The notes under the pieces were generated by a model, which was given only the letters and a program-made list of their open reading frames with translations, ran no database searches and was not told the DNA's origin. 64,000 nucleotides of DNA from an uncultured Candidatus Binatia bacterium (GTDB lineage Bacteria; Desulfobacterota; Binatia; UBA9968; JAJDTQ01), in assembly GCA_965242525.1 (NCBI GenBank), contig OZ251459.1:704001-768000 (forward strand), given 5' to 3'. How positions within the stretch are numbered: position 1 is the first letter of the stretch; each line of letters begins with the position of its first letter. Position numbers and translations under genes: made by a program. Below are positions 61,414-64,000 of the stretch, piece by piece.

Positions 61414-61874
61414 CGCTGTCGACGGACAGAAGGAATGATTTGGCGCTATGTGGCGTGATGTGGCGCTAAGTGGCGCAGGGGTGGGGAGTTTCGAGGAAAT
61501 GGGCGGGGTTTGGGACGGACAGAATAAATGATCTTTTCGGGTAAAATGGTGTGAAAAAGGGGGTTTTTCGAGGGTTTTTCGGGGGGTTTCGGCCCCCCTT
61601 TTTCGTTGGGGTTTTCGGGGGTCGATGGCGGCGCGAGGTGGATGACGGCGGTGGGGTGGGGTTGGGATGGGTCCGGCAGGGAAGTCGGTGTCAGGGTTGG
61701 GTTGCGGGGATGCGCGGGGGCGGGTTCTGTCCCTGGGGGTGCAGGTCGGGGCGCGGACACGCGGGCGGGGCGCGGCCCTGGGGGATTTGTCAGGACGGCC
61801 ATCGACCGGCGGGGAGGTCGGTCGTCAGGGTTGGGGGCACGGGCATGCGGGGGGTGCGGGCCTGGGGGTGATGG

Positions 61875-62156
61875 TCAGTCGGGGTTGGCGTCGTGGGCGG
61901 CGAAGTACCAGGGGAACTTGGCGCGCCATTGCTCATCGGTCATGTCGTCGAGGGCCTCGAACTCCTCGTCGGACATGGCCTCCAGTTCTTCCATGAGGCG
62001 GACGTTCTCGGGGTGGCGCAGCAGGTACTCGTTGGTGAGGTCCTGGTCCCGCATCCGCTCTCCCAGGTCGGGGGCCGCCTCAGTGCCCCACTCGTGTTCG
62101 TGCTCGGCGAACCACTTCTTCGATTCTTCCACCCAGGCTCTGTCTTCGTCGGTCAT
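61875..62156 (-). CDS. small acidic protein, candidate immunity protein of the upstream ART toxin
   Basis: 93 aa, very D/E-rich; AGGAGG RBS; directly downstream of the ART gene. Confidence 0.6.
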   Translation of the reverse strand: MTDEDRAWVEESKKWFAEHEHEWGTEAAPDLGERMRDQDLTNEYLLRHPENVRLMEELEAMSDEEFEALDDMTDEQWRAKFPWYFAAHDANPD

Positions 62157-62211
62157 CGCTTCCTCCTGGGACTGACCGGGCGCTTCGGCCCCCGCTTGGT
62201 CAGGTCGGGTC

Positions 62212-63290
62212 TCACCGGATCACTTCCTTCATTCTGAAGGTGAGAGTATCGCCTTCGCCGCGCTCCATGTCAATGACCTCGAAGGGGGTTCCCGGTGGGA
62301 AGAGGACTTCGTCTTCGTCGTCCCGGGTGAAGGCGGAGATGCTGCTGCCCCTGGACCTCTGCCCCTTGTCGGGCTTTTTCACGATGATCTTGTGCGGCCC
62401 CTGGTAAGCCTTTCCGGGGCTGTTGCTGGTGGACGTGAAGGCGGGGTCGGAGACGATCTTGTCCTTCCTGTCCGTGGCTTCGGCTGCCCGGATGTACTGC
62501 TGGAGGACGGGAGGGGGAAGCTCGGTCCCTCGGAAGACCTGGTCTTTTCGCCGGGGGAGTTTCTGGATGGCGGCTTTCAGGGTGAGGGATCGGTCTCGCA
62601 CAGCCTTCTTGGCCTTGGGATCGACGCCGCGCAGGGCCTGGTTGATGGTGTGGAAGGCCCATTGTCCCTGTCGGATGCTGTAGGCGTAGAGGCCGACGAG
62701 TTCGGTGTCGGTGAGGTTGTAGCGCTGGGCGTCGCGGTCGCGCATGAGTCGGAGGACCTCGGTCCGATAGTCGGTATAGTCGCTGCCCATCTGGCGGACC
62801 ACGCGCTGCTGGAAGGCGGGTTCGAGGCCGGCGGCGCCGACGTTGTGGTCCCAACCGGGGTCGATGCCCCGGGGGACCTGGTGGACCTTGCCGGTGCGCT
62901 TGTTGCGCCAGGGGCGGACGTCTCCGGGTGAGGAGTAGGGCGGGGTTCCCTGGGTGAGGGCGAGGCCGTAGCGTTCGAGGTCGTCGGCGTCCAACTGGGC
63001 CACGGTGCATCGGCAGCCCCAGCCGTTGGGGGGGTAGTGTGTCTCCCACCAGGGGTCGTCGATGGGGAGGACGGTGTCGTGCCAGGCGGCGTGTTCGGGG
63101 CGTGTGGCGCCGTCCTGGACTGCGACGTAGCGGAGGTAGGGCATACGGTCCTTGAGTCGCTGGATGCGGTCCCATTTGCCTGCGGCGTAGGCGGTGGAGA
63201 TGTTGGTGTCGAAGATGGTGCGGAGGCGTCGGAGGGAGGGTTGTCGGCGAAGTGCTGGAAGCCGTGGCCGTCCGCGATGGAGGAGTCCAT
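62212..63290 (-). pseudogene. phage Mu gpF (MuF) head-morphogenesis domain fused to an R-S-E type ADP-ribosyltransferase; 5'-truncated and frameshifted
   Basis: RLRTIFDTN...TRPEH...PPNGWGCRC (MuF); VFRG, FTSTS, EDEVLFPPG (ART); ATG at 63290 is out of frame with the body near 63235. Confidence 0.8.
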
Positions 63291-63326
63291 GGCGGCGCGG
63301 GCTCCTGGCCGCGCCCGAAGGGCAGT

Positions 63327-63433
63327 GTTTCCGGGGACTTGTTGCCCCGGCCTCATCGAGGCCCGGTCTGCGGCGGTCGCTTGGAGGGCGGCGAGGGGTT
63401 TCCGGAGTCCTGCTGCCCCGGCCTCGTCGAAGC
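63327..63433 (+). CRISPR. two degenerate CRISPR repeats with one 36-nt spacer (displaced array trailer)
   Basis: GTTTCCGGGGACTTGTTGCCCCGGCCTCATCGAGG and GTTTCCGGAGTCCTGCTGCCCCGGCCTCGTCGAAGC. Confidence 0.85.
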
Positions 63434-63487
63434 GCCCCGCCAGGATGCCCCGCCGGACCGCCCCCCGATCCCCGGAGCGTCCGAGGG

Positions 63488-63540
63488 TTGACAATCACAA
63501 CATGTTGTGGGTATCTTCGGGATTTTGCACCATATAGGGC
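63488..63540 (+). promoter_or_regulatory. sigma70-type promoter overlapped by NrdR box(es)
   Basis: TTGACA at 63488 and TATCTT at 63512; palindrome CACAACATGTTGTG at 63496-63509; weaker second box about 31 bp downstream; precedes an RNR gene. Confidence 0.75.
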
Positions 63541-63583
63541 TGACGCCGTACCGAGCCGCGTCACTCCACGAGAGGGAGGAACC

Positions 63584-64000
63584 ATGTCTGCGATCACGAC
63601 CACCACAACCGCCAAGCCGCTTCGCGAGGATGTCGTCAAGGGGCGAGGGACGGGCATTCGGGTCCCGCGCTATTTCACCAGGGAAGGAGTCAACCCCTAC
63701 GACGAGGTCGAGTGGGAGATCCGCTCGGCGACCATCCAGAACGACGGCGGGCAGGTCGTGTTCGAGCAGAACAACGTGGAGATGCCCAAGGCATGGTCCC
63801 AGATGGCCACCAACGTCGTGACCTCCAAGTACTTCCGCGGCCCGCTGGGGACGCCCCAGCGGGAACGGACGGTGCGGCAGCTCATCAGCCGGGTGGTGGA
63901 CACCATCACGGCGTGGGGCCGGGCGGACGGCTACTTTGCCGAAGAGGGCGACGCCAGGGCCTTCTCCGACGAGCTCACCCACATCCTCCTGCACCAGAAG
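63584..64000 (+). CDS. nrdJ: vitamin B12-dependent (class II) ribonucleotide reductase, 5' part
   Basis: Manual translation RYFTREGVNPYDEVEWE...WSQMATNVVTSKYFRG...ELTHILLHQK. Confidence 0.9.
   Translation, partial: MSAITTTTTAKPLREDVVKGRGTGIRVPRYFTREGVNPYDEVEWEIRSATIQNDGGQVVFEQNNVEMPKAWSQMATNVVTSKYFRGPLGTPQRERTVRQLISRVVDTITAWGRADGYFAEEGDARAFSDELTHILLHQK

Overview
GC-rich bacterial chromosome segment. The gene content (ankyrin protein, NHLP precursor, expanded AAA/PD-(D/E)XK genes, many catabolic enzymes) resembles a host-associated, possibly sponge-symbiont, deltaproteobacterium-like genome; this is an inference. 1-21 kb is accessory-rich: an AlbA_2/TPR protein, vapBC, two AAA-ATPases, a Fic protein, and two copies of an integrase-less cassette with shared flanks and a small RHH-like gene but different cargo (secreted ankyrin pair versus NHLP RiPP precursor). 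21-41 kb holds amino acid/opine-type catabolic genes, mltA, queDE, ctaG-like, lgt and mlaEFD, with REP/MITE repeats between genes. 41.3-61.4 kb is a complete type I-G CRISPR-Cas locus with about 141 repeats. It has three unusual traits: (i) Csb2 carries an in-frame ~240-aa phosphoribosyltransferase domain; (ii) the terminal repeat base switches in blocks (C, G, T, mixed A/C, C); (iii) a ~1.9-kb phage-like MuF-ADP-ribosyltransferase fragment with a candidate immunity gene lies inside the array trailer, before two degenerate repeats. The window ends in an nrdJ gene preceded by an NrdR-box-like palindrome. All calls come from reading the sequence and recalling motifs; no database searches were run.
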